Source: Myxococcota bacterium (GTDB taxonomy: Bacteria; Myxococcota_A; UBA9160; UBA6930). From it: DNA of 64,000 bases. Shown here piece after piece: positions 11,278 through 22,632 of the stretch (within the stretch, counting starts at the first letter, position 1; each line of letters starts with the position of its first letter). The position numbers and the translations under genes are program-made. Below the pieces are notes generated by a model that saw only the letters and a program-made list of their open reading frames with translations, searched no databases and was not told the origin of the DNA. Where the stretch lies: NCBI GenBank assembly GCA_965223705.1, contig OZ245015.1, positions 160,001 through 224,000 of the forward strand, in the 5' to 3' direction.

Positions 11278-11494
11278 TCCAGGCCTCCTCGAATTGTTCG
11301 CATCGCTCTTCGACCAACTCTTGAATCCGTCGCAGCTCGTGCGCCGGAAAGCCTGACGAAGAGGCTAGCGCCAATGGCCGCAGCCAGTACTTGGCGAGAG
11401 AACGGTCTCGCTGAACATGGATGTGTACGGGCTCTAACCCTTCGTTTCCAAAGAAGAAGAACCGGTACGGGCCGACCCGCGCAACCGTAGGCAT
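11252..11494 (-). CDS. DUF4160-like protein (putative toxin)
   Basis: MPTV...GPYRFFFF.NE..EP.HIHV...AKYWL; overlaps DUF2442 partner. Confidence 0.85.
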   Translation of the reverse strand: MPTVARVGPYRFFFFGNEGLEPVHIHVQRDRSLAKYWLRPLALASSSGFPAHELRRIQELVEERCEQFEEAWNEFFAAER

Positions 11495-11537
11495 TGCTCG
11501 AGTGTAACGAGGTGATCTTACGACCCTAGGTCCGTCG

Positions 11538-11666
11538 GCCTAACGGAGTTGCGGCTCAGTGGTCCCGCCGATCTGAAGGCGAGATTCCGCCGGTACGCTG
11601 GTTAGGCCACAACACTAACGAACTAGGACCGCGCTAAGGCGGGTCCACTGCAGCCGCTTGTTGGGC
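11538..11666 (-). repeat. attC site
   Basis: GCCTAAC...GCTTGTTGGGC. Confidence 0.95.
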
Positions 11667-11671
11667 CGCAC

Positions 11672-11962
11672 CTAGCTCAACGGTGGCAGCAACTGACTCG
11701 CCCTGAACACGGTGACTACCTCAAGCCGCTCTTCAGTAGAAACGCGGTACACAAGTCGGAAGGGCCTGACGATGATTTCTCGGAGGTCGGGGTCGCCTAC
11801 TTCCGGAACGACTCGACCAACCCGCGGGAAGTCGCGTGCGCGTTCAGCTGCTGCGATGAGACGCTGGACCACAAGCGATGCCCAGCGGGGAGAGTCTTCG
11901 GAGATGCGTGCATGTATCGTCTCAAGGTCTCGGAGCGACCGTGGCGACCATATGGTTCTCAC
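11672..11962 (-). CDS. RelE/ParE-family toxin
   Basis: IWSP....DL..I...I..DSP, FP..GRVVPE, LREII..PFRLVYR. Confidence 0.9.
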   Translation of the reverse strand: MRTIWSPRSLRDLETIHARISEDSPRWASLVVQRLIAAAERARDFPRVGRVVPEVGDPDLREIIVRPFRLVYRVSTEERLEVVTVFRASQLLPPLS

Positions 11963-12141
11963 GCGCTAAAGCGCCGTTTGATCTCTTCGTGGGGGATGCC
12001 TTCGCCTGAATCGAGTTCAGCAAGGCCTTCCTCTACGCGGGCTAGAAACACGAGACGCTCAATCGCATCGTCGATGGTGGCGTCCGCGGGAAGATCTTGC
12101 AGCGCGTCGAGAATGCGTTGCTTTGAACTGGACTCGGCCAT
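11959..12141 (-). CDS. Antitoxin partner
   Basis: LP.DAT.DD..ERL.FL.RVEEGL....G..IPHEE; overlaps toxin start. Confidence 0.85.
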   Translation of the reverse strand: MAESSSKQRILDALQDLPADATIDDAIERLVFLARVEEGLAELDSGEGIPHEEIKRRFSA

Positions 12142-12314
12142 CGCTCAAAGGTAGCAGACCGCATTTGCTCGATTGTCGGCCCAACGGAGATGCGGCTCAG
12201 CGGTCCCGCCACACTTAATGGCAAGATTCCGCCGGGCCGCTGGCTGAGCCCAAAACCTAACGAACTAGAAAAGCGCTGTGGCGGGTCCGCTGTAGCCGCT
12301 CTTATGATGCGATC

Positions 12315-13962
<1,648 letters not shown>

Positions 13963-13981
13963 GAAACGACCCCGACGGTCT

Positions 13982-14109
13982 GTCTAACGGAGTTGCGGCT
14001 CAGTGGCCCGCCGACCTAGTGGCGAGATTCCGCCGATACCGCTGGTAAGGGCACAGATTAACGAACTGGAACCGAGCTAAGGCGGGTCCACTGCAGCCGC
14101 TGGTTAGGC
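13982..14109 (-). repeat. attC site
   Basis: GTCTAAC...GCTGGTTAGGC. Confidence 0.95.
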
Positions 14110-14412
14110 AGGAGCCCGTAACGACAGGCCGCAAAAGCTGCAGGTTGGGCGGCCGACCCACGCGCCGAGCCACCTCTTGCCCCTGACCCCGAAGAAGTAC
14201 TTCTCGCACTTAGGACAGCGCGCATTGGATAGGCCGAACTGCTCAACGAACGTAAACAGCCCGCAGCCAAAGCCCACTACGAATACTGGCGCGGCAACTA
14301 TCTCGGGCAGCACAAAGGCCGAGAAAAGGCAGCCAGTGAAAACCCATCCGCACAACCGGTAGCGATTCCATCTTCGCCTGAGAATCTCGAGCGCTTCAGA
14401 TTGGCTGTCCAA
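14104..14412 (-). CDS. Membrane protein with C-terminal zinc-ribbon-like motif
   Basis: Two TM segments, CPKC...CSFC; stop in R'' box. Confidence 0.75.
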   Translation of the reverse strand: MDSQSEALEILRRRWNRYRLCGWVFTGCLFSAFVLPEIVAAPVFVVGFGCGLFTFVEQFGLSNARCPKCEKYFFGVRGKRWLGAWVGRPTCSFCGLSLRAPA

Positions 14413-14433
14413 GCTTGGGAACGCCTGCTGTCT

Positions 14434-14563
14434 GCCTAACGGAGTTGCGGCTCAGTGGGCCCGCCGACCTAATGGCGAGATTCCGCCGATGCCGCTGGTA
14501 AGGGCACAAGACTAACGAACTAGGACTGAGCTAAGGCGGGTCCACTGCAGCCGCTGGTTAGAC
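14434..14563 (-). repeat. attC site
   Basis: Identical to 7584-7713. Confidence 0.95.
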
Positions 14564-14570
14564 GGCGCCA

Positions 14571-14963
14571 CTACTCGGGCGGTTGCTCCAGTAGTGCGAG
14601 AAGCCCACACGCTACAACAACCAAAACCGCTACAGCAGCTGCAAAACCGTAGGCGAACCGAATGCCCCCGCCGGCCGATCCTTCTAGCGCCATAGCGATA
14701 CCGATTACAGCGATAGCAGCGGCAGAGACCCCGGGCAGGAGGCGTCTCGCGAGACGAGAACGCTTGGATCGCGCGAGCAGCTGGGCCTGCGTCAGGCCTT
14801 CTCGGGCGAAGACCAGTGGGGCGATAAAGATAGTTCCGGCTCCAAGAGACGCGAGCACGACCAGGAATGGAGCGCCTGTCAGAAGGCCACCGACGGCTAA
14901 TGCGAACATTAAGCAGCCGACGAAGCCGGCGAACGCGATCGCTGTTCGTAAGAGTGCGTTCAA
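14571..14963 (-). CDS. Hypothetical membrane protein (duplicate of 7721-8113)
   Basis: Identical translation. Confidence 0.75.
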   Translation of the reverse strand: MNALLRTAIAFAGFVGCLMFALAVGGLLTGAPFLVVLASLGAGTIFIAPLVFAREGLTQAQLLARSKRSRLARRLLPGVSAAAIAVIGIAMALEGSAGGGIRFAYGFAAAVAVLVVVACGLLALLEQPPE

Positions 14964-14975
14964 CTCGTTGCGTCC

Positions 14976-15105
14976 GTCTAACGGAGATGCGGCTCAGTGG
15001 GCCCGCCGACCTAAAGGCGAGGTTCCGCCGACACCGCTGGTAAGGGCACAAGACTAACGAACTAGAACCGAGCTAAGGCGGGTCCACTGCAGCCGCTGGT
15101 TAGGC
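14976..15105 (-). repeat. attC site
   Basis: GTCTAAC...GCTGGTTAGGC. Confidence 0.95.
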
Positions 15106-15522
15106 GGCATACGACCTCGAAGGACGTAGCGAGCGAAAAGCCAACCGAGGCCAAACTGCTGCGAGGCCTGGGAGAAGTGAATAGAGATAGGGGCTGCCCG
15201 TTTGATAGACGAGCGGAAACGTACAGACAGCTGCGACGACGGCGGGCACAAGGAAGGGCGCAACGCCGGGCTTCTCGAGAGAAACCGATCGTCTGGAAGC
15301 AACCCACCAGACGCTAACAGCTAGGAAGCACCCAACGACGCAGAGCGTGACGCCAAGAAGAGTGAACACGACAAACAGTTCAACAAGCTTGCCTGCTGAC
15401 GCCTCGAACTGCCCGTTCGATAGAAGCCAGAATGCGCGCAGAAGCGCTACTGCAGCTCCGAATACGGCTGGGGTGGCCAGCCCTGACCACAGAAACCACC
15501 GAATGGCTGAGCCGACTGACAT
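15100..15522 (-). CDS. Hypothetical membrane protein
   Basis: Four hydrophobic segments; stop in R'' box. Confidence 0.75.
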   Translation of the reverse strand: MSVGSAIRWFLWSGLATPAVFGAAVALLRAFWLLSNGQFEASAGKLVELFVVFTLLGVTLCVVGCFLAVSVWWVASRRSVSLEKPGVAPFLVPAVVAAVCTFPLVYQTGSPYLYSLLPGLAAVWPRLAFRSLRPSRSYAA

Positions 15523-15526
15523 GTTC

Positions 15527-15652
15527 GCCTAACGGAGTTGCGGCTCAGTGGCTCGACCTGATGGCGAGAGTCCGCCGATACCGCTGGTAAGGGCACAAGA
15601 CTAACGAACTAGAACCGAGCTAAGGCGGGTCCACTGCAGCCGCTTGTTAGGC
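15527..15652 (-). repeat. attC site of first cassette (one arm a few nt short)
   Basis: GCCTAAC...GCTTGTTAGGC; left arm reads CAGTGGCTCGACC instead of CAGTGGCCCGCCGACC. Confidence 0.9.
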
Positions 15653-16027
15653 GGCTCGAGCCCCTATACCAGGCAACACCATGATCGCTTGGGCCGCCCG
15701 GAGGCCGGAGACCACGACAGCGACAACTCCGAGGCAAGCCAAGACGATTGCGATGGGATTCAGCTTGAAGAGGCCCCAAGAGAAGAACCAGCAGAAGGGC
15801 TGCCACGCCTAAGGGACGAATAGATGATTGGGCAGGTCCGGAGATGCCAAGACGATTGCCGCTCGATAGTCAGTGATTGAGAAGCGGACGATCCACACTA
15901 CGCCCACGAACGCGGGCAACAACGCGGATGCTCGAACAAGAAAAGCGATTACGGGATGGAGCTGTGCGGGGCGAGTGAGCTGCGAGAGCAGCGAATCAGG
16001 TGTGGAGGAGTCCAGTTCTTTCGCCAT
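15647..16027 (-). pseudogene. First-position cassette membrane-protein gene with internal TAG (15809-15811)
   Basis: Frame continues after TAG to the TAA in the R'' box. Confidence 0.55.
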
Positions 16028-16037
16028 CGCCTCTACC

Positions 16038-16100
16038 GCCTAACTACTAATTCGACGGCACCCACTGCCGCCTGTTCTGCAGCATATCATTCATCTACAC
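16038..16100 (-). other. attI site (core G^TTAGGC at 16044-16038) and candidate cassette promoter
   Basis: GTTRRRY at the first cassette start with no attC arm upstream; TG-A-TATGCT extended -10-like motif at 16089-16081. Confidence 0.7.
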
Positions 16101-16244
16101 ACGCAGCGTTTGTTGCGGTTTGTGAGGCGGGACGCGGGTTTTGGGGTCGAGGATAGGCGGTTGTCGTGTTACAACACGGCAGTATCGGCATCCCGGGCCG
16201 GCGCGGAGATAGCTCACCCTTACTGTGGTTCGCTTGCACTACGT

Positions 16245-16260
16245 GTGAACAGATGTTCAC
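16245..16260. promoter_or_regulatory. Palindromic operator GTGAAC-N4-GTTCAC upstream of intI (candidate LexA box)
   Basis: Perfect 6-4-6 palindrome 18 nt before the ATG; contains GAAC-N4-GTTC. Confidence 0.55.
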
Positions 16261-16278
16261 GTGGGGCGGGGGGTGAGA

Positions 16279-17265
16279 ATGTCGTCTTTCGAAGACCGCA
16301 AACCGCGGAAGTTGCTCGATCAGCTGCGGGACAAGGCTCGGGTGCTTCACTACAGCGCTCGCACCGAAGAATCCTACGTGGCGTGGGTGCGGCGCTTCAT
16401 TCTGTTCCACAACAAGCGGCATCCACGCGAGATGGGGGGCGAGGAGATCGCGGCCTTCCTCACGCACCTCGCGGTTCACCGGAGGGTCGCGGCGCCGACG
16501 CAGAACCAGGCGTTGCAGGCGATCCTCTTTCTCTACCGCGAGGTCCTGCGGATGAGCCCGCCGCGTGTGTCCGAAGTGGTGCGGGCGCGGCGGCCGGTGC
16601 GCATGCCGGTCGTGCTGTCGCGGGGCGAAGTGGCGCGGCTGCTCGCAGCGCTCGAGGGGAGCCCGAAGCTCGTCGCGAGCGTACTCTACGGGTCGGGGCT
16701 CCGGTTGATGGAGTGTCTGACGCTGCGCGTTCAAGATCTTGACCTCGAGCGCTGCGAGATCCGGGTTCGCGACGGGAAAGGCGGCGGCGACCGGGTGACG
16801 GTGTTGCCGGAAACCCTGATTGCGCCGCTGCGCGAGCACCTCGCGACAGTCGAGCGCAAGCACGCGAGCGATCTGTCGGATGGCCTCGGCGAGGTCCCGC
16901 TACCGGGCGCTCTGGCCCGGAAATACCGCAATGCATCGCGTGAGTTTCGCTGGCAGTGGGCGTTTCCGGCGGCGAGCCGTTGGAAGAATAAGCGCACGGC
17001 TGAGGAAGGACGGCACCATCTGCACGAATCGGCCGTGCAGCGCCGGATCCGGAGCGCTGCGCGATCTGCTGGAATCGCGAAACGGGCGACGGCGCACACG
17101 CTGCGGCACAGTTTTGCGACGCACCTGCTCGAATCTGGGTCGGACATTCGAACAGTGCAAGAGCTCCTGGGGCACCGGAACGTGCGCACGACGATGATCT
17201 ATACGCATGTGCTCAACCGAGGCGGGCTCGGAGTGACGAGTCCGCTCGACGGGGTCGCGCGATGA
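16279..17265 (+). CDS. intI: Integron integrase
   Basis: HYS.RTE..Y..WVRRFI.FH..RHP, LYGSGLR, GKG..DR, IntI-specific LPGALARKY...WQW.FPA insertion, [17 protein letters not shown]. Confidence 0.98.
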   Translation: MSSFEDRKPRKLLDQLRDKARVLHYSARTEESYVAWVRRFILFHNKRHPREMGGEEIAAFLTHLAVHRRVAAPTQNQALQAILFLYREVLRMSPPRVSEVVRARRPVRMPVVLSRGEVARLLAALEGSPKLVASVLYGSGLRLMECLTLRVQDLDLERCEIRVRDGKGGGDRVTVLPETLIAPLREHLATVERKHASDLSDGLGEVPLPGALARKYRNASREFRWQWAFPAASRWKNKRTAEEGRHHLHESAVQRRIRSAARSAGIAKRATAHTLRHSFATHLLESGSDIRTVQELLGHRNVRTTMIYTHVLNRGGLGVTSPLDGVAR

Positions 17266-17897
17266 GCGGTAACGAGGCGTCGCCCGAAATTCCGCCGGCG
17301 TTCCTCGAGCGCCTCGATCCGGCGCCGGACGAGTTCTTCTACGCCGAGCCGCGGTTCGTTGCGCACATCGATCCGGAAACGATCGCGGCGTTGACCGATG
17401 CCTATGCGGAGCTTCTGCCCGCGGGCGGGCGGGTGCTCGACTTGATGTCGTCGTGGATCTCGCATCTCCCGGAAACCGTTGCGTACGCGTCGGTGACGGG
17501 CCTTGGGATGAACGAGCCCGAGCTCGCGGCCAACCCTCGCCTCGACACCCGCGTCGTTCACGATTTGAACGCGGATCCAGCGCTCCCATTTCCGTCGGCG
17601 AGCTTTGACGCAGCAGTCAACGCGGTTTCGATCCAATACCTCACCCGGCCGGTGGAGGTGTTCCGCGAGGTGGGGCGGGTGCTCGCGCCGGGTGGCGTCC
17701 ATATCGTCGCCACGTCGCATCGCATGTTTCCCACTAAGGCGATCCGCGCCTGGCACATGTTGGCGCCGGAGGAGCGCCTCGCGCTGATCGCCCGCTATTT
17801 CGCAGATTCGGGAGCGTTTGAGCCGGCCGAGATGCTGGATCGTTCTCCGGCGGGGGCAGATCCGTTGTGGTTGGTGATGGCCAAGCGGAGGGAGTGA
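17262..17897 (+). CDS. SAM-dependent methyltransferase
   Basis: [32 protein letters not shown]. Confidence 0.9.
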   Translation: MSGNEASPEIPPAFLERLDPAPDEFFYAEPRFVAHIDPETIAALTDAYAELLPAGGRVLDLMSSWISHLPETVAYASVTGLGMNEPELAANPRLDTRVVHDLNADPALPFPSASFDAAVNAVSIQYLTRPVEVFREVGRVLAPGGVHIVATSHRMFPTKAIRAWHMLAPEERLALIARYFADSGAFEPAEMLDRSPAGADPLWLVMAKRRE

Positions 17898-18889
17898 TAT
17901 GCTCCGCCGACCTGGTACACGGTGGTCGCTCGTTGCTAGCGGATCTGCTTCAACTGATCTTCGGCTTGATGCTTCTCCTGGGAGGCGGCGAGGTGCTCGT
18001 GCGCGGCGCCGCGACGATGGCGCGCTGCCTCGGGGTTTCGCCCCTCGTGGTGGGGCTCACCGTCGTTTCGTTCGGAACGAGCGCGCCGGAGCTCGCCGTC
18101 AATGTCGCGGCGGCGTGGCGTAACGCAGGCGATATCGCGTTCGGCAACATCATGGGCTCGAACATGGCGAACATCGGGCTCATCGTCGCCGCCACGGCCC
18201 TGGTGAAACCGCTCGCCGTGAGTAGCCGCATCGTCGTCCGCGAGATCCCGATGATGATTCTCGTCACGCTGGTCGCCGCGGTCTTTGCATTCGACACGAT
18301 GTTCACAGGCCGTCCGGGTGTCTACGACCGCGGCGAAGGCATCGTTCTGCTCATGCTGCTGGGCGTGTTCCTCTACTACACGGTGGGCGATGCCATCGAA
18401 GATCGCGAGGCGGATGTCGCGACCCCGGCCCTCGATCAGAACATGCGGACGAGCGTGTTTCTGGTCTTGGGGGGGTCCGCCGCACTGGTGCTCGGCGCCG
18501 AGCTCACGGTGAACGGCGGCGTCGGGCTCGCCCGCGCCATGGGTGTTTCGGAAGTGCTGGTCGGGCTGACCGTTGTCGCTGTGGGAACGAGCCTCCCGGA
18601 ACTCGCGGCCTCCGTCATGGCGGCCTACCGCGGTCACCCGGATCTCGCCATCGGCAACGTGGTCGGCTCGAACATCTTCAACTTGGCGCTGGTGTTAGGC
18701 GTCGCGTGCTTCCTGAGCCCGATCCCAGTGCCGGTCGGCGGGTTGGGCGACCTCGCCGCTGTGGTGGTGCTGTCTTTCGTCTTGTGGGCCACGACGTTCG
18801 CGCGCCCGCCGCGCATCGTGCGGCTCGAGGGCATTCTGCTCCTCGCGATCTACCTCGTCTACATCAGCTGGCGCGCGGACCTCTACTAG
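17867..18889 (+). CDS. Calcium/sodium antiporter (CaCA, YrbG-like); true start probably ~17933
   Basis: Two alpha repeats GTSAPEL/GTSLPEL and GNxxGSN. Confidence 0.92.
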   Translation: MVGDGQAEGVICSADLVHGGRSLLADLLQLIFGLMLLLGGGEVLVRGAATMARCLGVSPLVVGLTVVSFGTSAPELAVNVAAAWRNAGDIAFGNIMGSNMANIGLIVAATALVKPLAVSSRIVVREIPMMILVTLVAAVFAFDTMFTGRPGVYDRGEGIVLLMLLGVFLYYTVGDAIEDREADVATPALDQNMRTSVFLVLGGSAALVLGAELTVNGGVGLARAMGVSEVLVGLTVVAVGTSLPELAASVMAAYRGHPDLAIGNVVGSNIFNLALVLGVACFLSPIPVPVGGLGDLAAVVVLSFVLWATTFARPPRIVRLEGILLLAIYLVYISWRADLY

Positions 18890-19544
18890 CGGGTCCCCGC
18901 CGCGCTTCTTCGGCGATGCGTTTCTTTGTCGCGGCCCAGCCGCAAATCTCGCACGCTGCGAGGTCGTGTCCCCGCGCCGGGCAGTATTCGCGACCGAAGT
19001 AGATGATCTGGAGATGCAGCGCGTTCCAGCTCTCTCTCGGAAACAGCGCCTTCAGATCGCGCTCGGTGGTCTCGACGTTCTTGCCGCTCGAAAGGCCCCA
19101 GCGTGCGGCCAGTCGGTGAATGTGCGTGTCGACGGGAAACGCGGGCTCGCCAAACGCCTGCGCCATTACCACGCTCGCAGTCTTGTGACCGACCCCGGGC
19201 AGTGCCTCGAGTGCTTCGAAGCTCTTCGGAACCGCACCACCGTGTTCATCGACCAAGATGCGTGCGAGCCGCGCGATCGCTTTCGACTTCTGCGGTGCGA
19301 GACCGCACGAACGGATGAACGCGAGTACTTCATCGGCGGAGAGCTTCGCCATCTCCGCGGGCGTCGATGCGCGCGCGAAGAGCGCCGGCGTCACTTGGTT
19401 GACCCGCGCGTCGGTGCACTGCGCCGAGAGCAACACGGCGATGAGCAGCGTAAACGCATCCCCGTGATCGAGCGGGATCGGCGGCTCGGGGTAGATCCGA
19501 TCGAGGATCTTCTGGATGCGTTCGGCTTTCTCGGCGCGTTTCAC
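18864..19544 (-). CDS. nth: Endonuclease III
   Basis: LLSAQCTD, LPGVGHKTA HhH, VDTH, C-x6/7-C-x2-C cluster. Confidence 0.95.
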   Translation of the reverse strand: MKRAEKAERIQKILDRIYPEPPIPLDHGDAFTLLIAVLLSAQCTDARVNQVTPALFARASTPAEMAKLSADEVLAFIRSCGLAPQKSKAIARLARILVDEHGGAVPKSFEALEALPGVGHKTASVVMAQAFGEPAFPVDTHIHRLAARWGLSSGKNVETTERDLKALFPRESWNALHLQIIYFGREYCPARGHDLAACEICGWAATKKRIAEEARRGPASRGPRAS

Positions 19545-20563
19545 GCCGTGAGTATGACCTTCCCGATATTGCGCCGCTCGTGGAGATAGCGGTGCGCCGC
19601 CGCCGCCTGGTCGAGCGGAAAACGCTCGGCGATGACCGGCTTGATGACGTCTTCATCGTACGCTTCGAGAAGCGCTTGCATCCAGGACGCGACGCGGTCC
19701 GCCTCGCTCCAGAGGCGCCCGAGGTTGACGCCGAACACGCCTTTGTTCGCGCCGATCAGGCGCGTCGCTTTCCACTGTGCCCGGAGGGTTCGCACGAGGG
19801 CTCCACCCATGCGCAGGAAGCTGCGTTCGGTTCCGGTCACCATCGCCGCGTTTCCGAACATGCCGAGGCGGCCGGTTCGGGCGAGGCAGCGGTAGCTCTT
19901 TTCAAATGAGCTCCCACCGACGGCGTCGATCGCGAGCTCCACGCCGCGCCCCCGCGTGATCTCCAAGGTTCGCGCCACGAAATCTTCCCGCGTGTAGTCG
20001 ATGCAGGCGTCGATGCCTGCTTCCTCGAGAAATGCGTGCTTCCCGGCGGAAGCGGTTCCGATGACACGTGCGCCGAGATGCTTGGCGATCTGGAGCGCGG
20101 CGATACCGACGCCCCCGCCGGCGGAATGCACCAAGACCGTGTCCCCTTCGCGCAAGCTCCCCATCACCACGAGCAGTTGATACGCGGTCAAGTAATTGAC
20201 GGGAAGCGCGGCGCCTTCTTCCGCGCTCATTGCGGGCGGCCGCGCGAACACTTGCATTTCCGGGCAACACACCACGTCGGCATGCCCGCCGAAACGGGTC
20301 AACGCGAACACGTCGCGTCCCAGCCAATCGCTTCCCACACCCTCACCGACCGAATCGATTCGACCGGCGACTTCGTAACCCATGACGACGGGGAGCTTCG
20401 GTCGATCGGGGTACAGGCCCATCCGCCCGAGTAGATCTGAGAAGTTCAATCCCGAGGCTTCGACGCGAATCCGAAGCTCGCCGTTTTTCGGAATGGGGTC
20501 GCTGGATTCGCGAAGCTCGAGGACATCCGGATCACCCTCGCGCGGAATCACCACCTGGCGCAA
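19541..20563 (-). CDS. MDR-family NAD(P)H oxidoreductase (VAT-1-like)
   Basis: GLNFSD, GYEVAG, PVNYLTAY, HSAGGGVG, GKVIL. Confidence 0.9.
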   Translation of the reverse strand: MRQVVIPREGDPDVLELRESSDPIPKNGELRIRVEASGLNFSDLLGRMGLYPDRPKLPVVMGYEVAGRIDSVGEGVGSDWLGRDVFALTRFGGHADVVCCPEMQVFARPPAMSAEEGAALPVNYLTAYQLLVVMGSLREGDTVLVHSAGGGVGIAALQIAKHLGARVIGTASAGKHAFLEEAGIDACIDYTREDFVARTLEITRGRGVELAIDAVGGSSFEKSYRCLARTGRLGMFGNAAMVTGTERSFLRMGGALVRTLRAQWKATRLIGANKGVFGVNLGRLWSEADRVASWMQALLEAYDEDVIKPVIAERFPLDQAAAAHRYLHERRNIGKVILTA

Positions 20564-20572
20564 CGGTGTGCT

Positions 20573-21379
20573 CTACCCGCCCCAGCCCGTCGCCGCGATG
20601 CTGTAGCGCTCGCGAAGTGTCTCGTAGTGCGAGCGCACTTTGTTGACGAAACGCTGAGGGGGCTGATGTCCGCGGTCGAGAAGGCGACCAACGCGTGTCG
20701 GACCCGCGTTGTAGGCGGCAACTGCGTCGTTTGGATTGCCGAAGCGACCGATGAGCTCGCTCAAGAAGATCGTGCCGAGGCGGACGTTCTTCGCGGGGTC
20801 GAACAGCGTGGCGCTCCCGTTGAACGGCAGTCCGTGCCGCCTCGCGATGTCCTTCGCCACGAACGGACGCAGTTGCATCAACCCGAGCGAGCCCGCCGGA
20901 CCGACCGCCCGCGGCTTGAACCGGCTCTCCTGGGTAATGATCGCGAGCACGAAAAGGGGTTCCAAACCGAGATCGCGTTGGGCGCGTACGAGCTCGCTGG
21001 TCACCGCGTCTCGCTGCGCTCCGGTCAATCTGCGATGGGCCTCGCCGTTCAGGACGTCGCGGATCTCGCGCTCGGCCACCACCTCCGGCAACAGAATCGG
21101 CAGGTGAATCGGCGCGGACCGTTCTTCCTCGGCCTTGTCGTCGGGTTCTTCGGAAGAAGCGGGCTCTGCGGTTCCGCGAAGCTTGGGCTCCGCTTCGGGC
21201 AGCTCGGCTTTTCGTTGCGGCAGTTCGAGCGGCGGCGCCGGTCGCGTTACGAAGGGCGTCTGACAGGCGGCGACGAGGAACATCACCGCGAACAGCAACG
21301 TGCTCGCGCCGAGACGTTTGAATCGACACCGTTCGGTGCCGCGCGCTTGGGGGGTGCTCGTCAGCACGGGGAACCTCAC
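20573..21379 (-). CDS. Lytic transglycosylase (SLT domain)
   Basis: QESRF, GLMQL, AAYNAG motifs. Confidence 0.9.
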   Translation of the reverse strand: MRFPVLTSTPQARGTERCRFKRLGASTLLFAVMFLVAACQTPFVTRPAPPLELPQRKAELPEAEPKLRGTAEPASSEEPDDKAEEERSAPIHLPILLPEVVAEREIRDVLNGEAHRRLTGAQRDAVTSELVRAQRDLGLEPLFVLAIITQESRFKPRAVGPAGSLGLMQLRPFVAKDIARRHGLPFNGSATLFDPAKNVRLGTIFLSELIGRFGNPNDAVAAYNAGPTRVGRLLDRGHQPPQRFVNKVRSHYETLRERYSIAATGWGG

Positions 21380-21487
21380 TTTCCGAAATCAAGCGGCAGC
21401 GATCGTAACATCGGTCACCCGTCGATGAAAACGGAGGAAACACCGACTCGCGTTATCATTCGCGACCCACGGGGAGAAAAAACGATT

Positions 21488-22627
21488 ATGGGTCCGCTTC
21501 AAGGAATACGAGTAGTTGAATTCGCTGGCATCGGTCCGGGGCCTTTTGCCGCAATGATGCTTGCGGATATGGGCGCAGAAGTGGTGCGAATCGACCGCAT
21601 CCAAAAAAAATCGATCAACGCCGAAAAACCCTCTGGGGATTTACTCAATCGCGGACGGCGCAGCGTCGGCATCAATTTGAAATCCCGTGAGGGAATTGCC
21701 ACTGCGTTGCGTCTCGTAGCCGAAGCCGACGTATTGCTCGAAGGTTTTCGCCCCGGTGTCATGGAGCGCTTGGGACTCGGCCCGGATGTTTGTCTCGAAA
21801 ACAACCCGCGTCTCGTTTACGGACGCATGACCGGTTGGGGGCAGGAAGGGCCGATCGCACGCGCGGCGGGTCACGATATCAACTACATCGCGTTGTCGGG
21901 CGTTCTTCACTACATCGGCCGGCGCGGAGAGGGCCCGGTGCCCCCGCTCAATTTAGTGGGCGATTTCGGCGGCGGCGGCATGTTGCTGGCGTTCGGCGTC
22001 GTCACGGCGTTGGTCGAACGCGCGACGTCGGGTCGCGGTCAAGTGATCGACGCAGCCATGACGGACGGCTCCGCGATTCTCGCGACGATGCTTCACGCGT
22101 TGCAGCAAGGCGGAAACTGGAGCGACGATCGCGGCACGAACATGCTCGACACCGGCGCACCGTACTACGACACGTACGAAACGAAAGACGGGAAACACGT
22201 CTCGATCGGTTCGATCGAGCCGCAGTTCTATGCGGAGCTACTGGAAAAGACCGGGCTCGATCGCGAAGAGCTCCCGGAACAAAACGACGCGTCGGCGTGG
22301 CCGGCGATGAAGGAACGCGTCGCCGCCGTGTTCCGCACGAAAACGCGCGACGAGTGGTGCACCATCATGGAAGGGAGCGACGTTTGCTTCGCACCGGTGC
22401 TCACGATGGAAGAGGCGTACCAGCATCCGCAGAACACCGAGCGCAACACCTTCGTGTCGCATTACGGGAAGACGCAACCGGCGCCGGCGCCGCGCTTCAG
22501 CCGCACCGAACCCGAGCTGACCTTGCCGCCGCCGCACCCGGGCCAACACACCGATGAAACACTGGCGTCGTGGGGTTTCGGTGCGGACGAGATCCGAGCA
22601 CTGCGAGAAGCAGAAACGGTCGGGTAG
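21488..22627 (+). CDS. CaiB/BaiF CoA-transferase (alpha-methylacyl-CoA racemase-like)
   Basis: GPLQGIRVVEFAGIGPGPF, EGFRPGVMERLGLG, GHDINY, GDFGGG. Confidence 0.93.
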   Translation: MGPLQGIRVVEFAGIGPGPFAAMMLADMGAEVVRIDRIQKKSINAEKPSGDLLNRGRRSVGINLKSREGIATALRLVAEADVLLEGFRPGVMERLGLGPDVCLENNPRLVYGRMTGWGQEGPIARAAGHDINYIALSGVLHYIGRRGEGPVPPLNLVGDFGGGGMLLAFGVVTALVERATSGRGQVIDAAMTDGSAILATMLHALQQGGNWSDDRGTNMLDTGAPYYDTYETKDGKHVSIGSIEPQFYAELLEKTGLDREELPEQNDASAWPAMKERVAAVFRTKTRDEWCTIMEGSDVCFAPVLTMEEAYQHPQNTERNTFVSHYGKTQPAPAPRFSRTEPELTLPPPHPGQHTDETLASWGFGADEIRALREAETVG

Positions 22628-22632
22628 CGGAG

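Noticed and set aside
15736..15744. AAGCCAAGA (putative left target guide) recurring here and at 9602-9610
   Set aside because: A 9-mer is expected by chance in 64 kb, and neither copy is next to a CT core plus right target.
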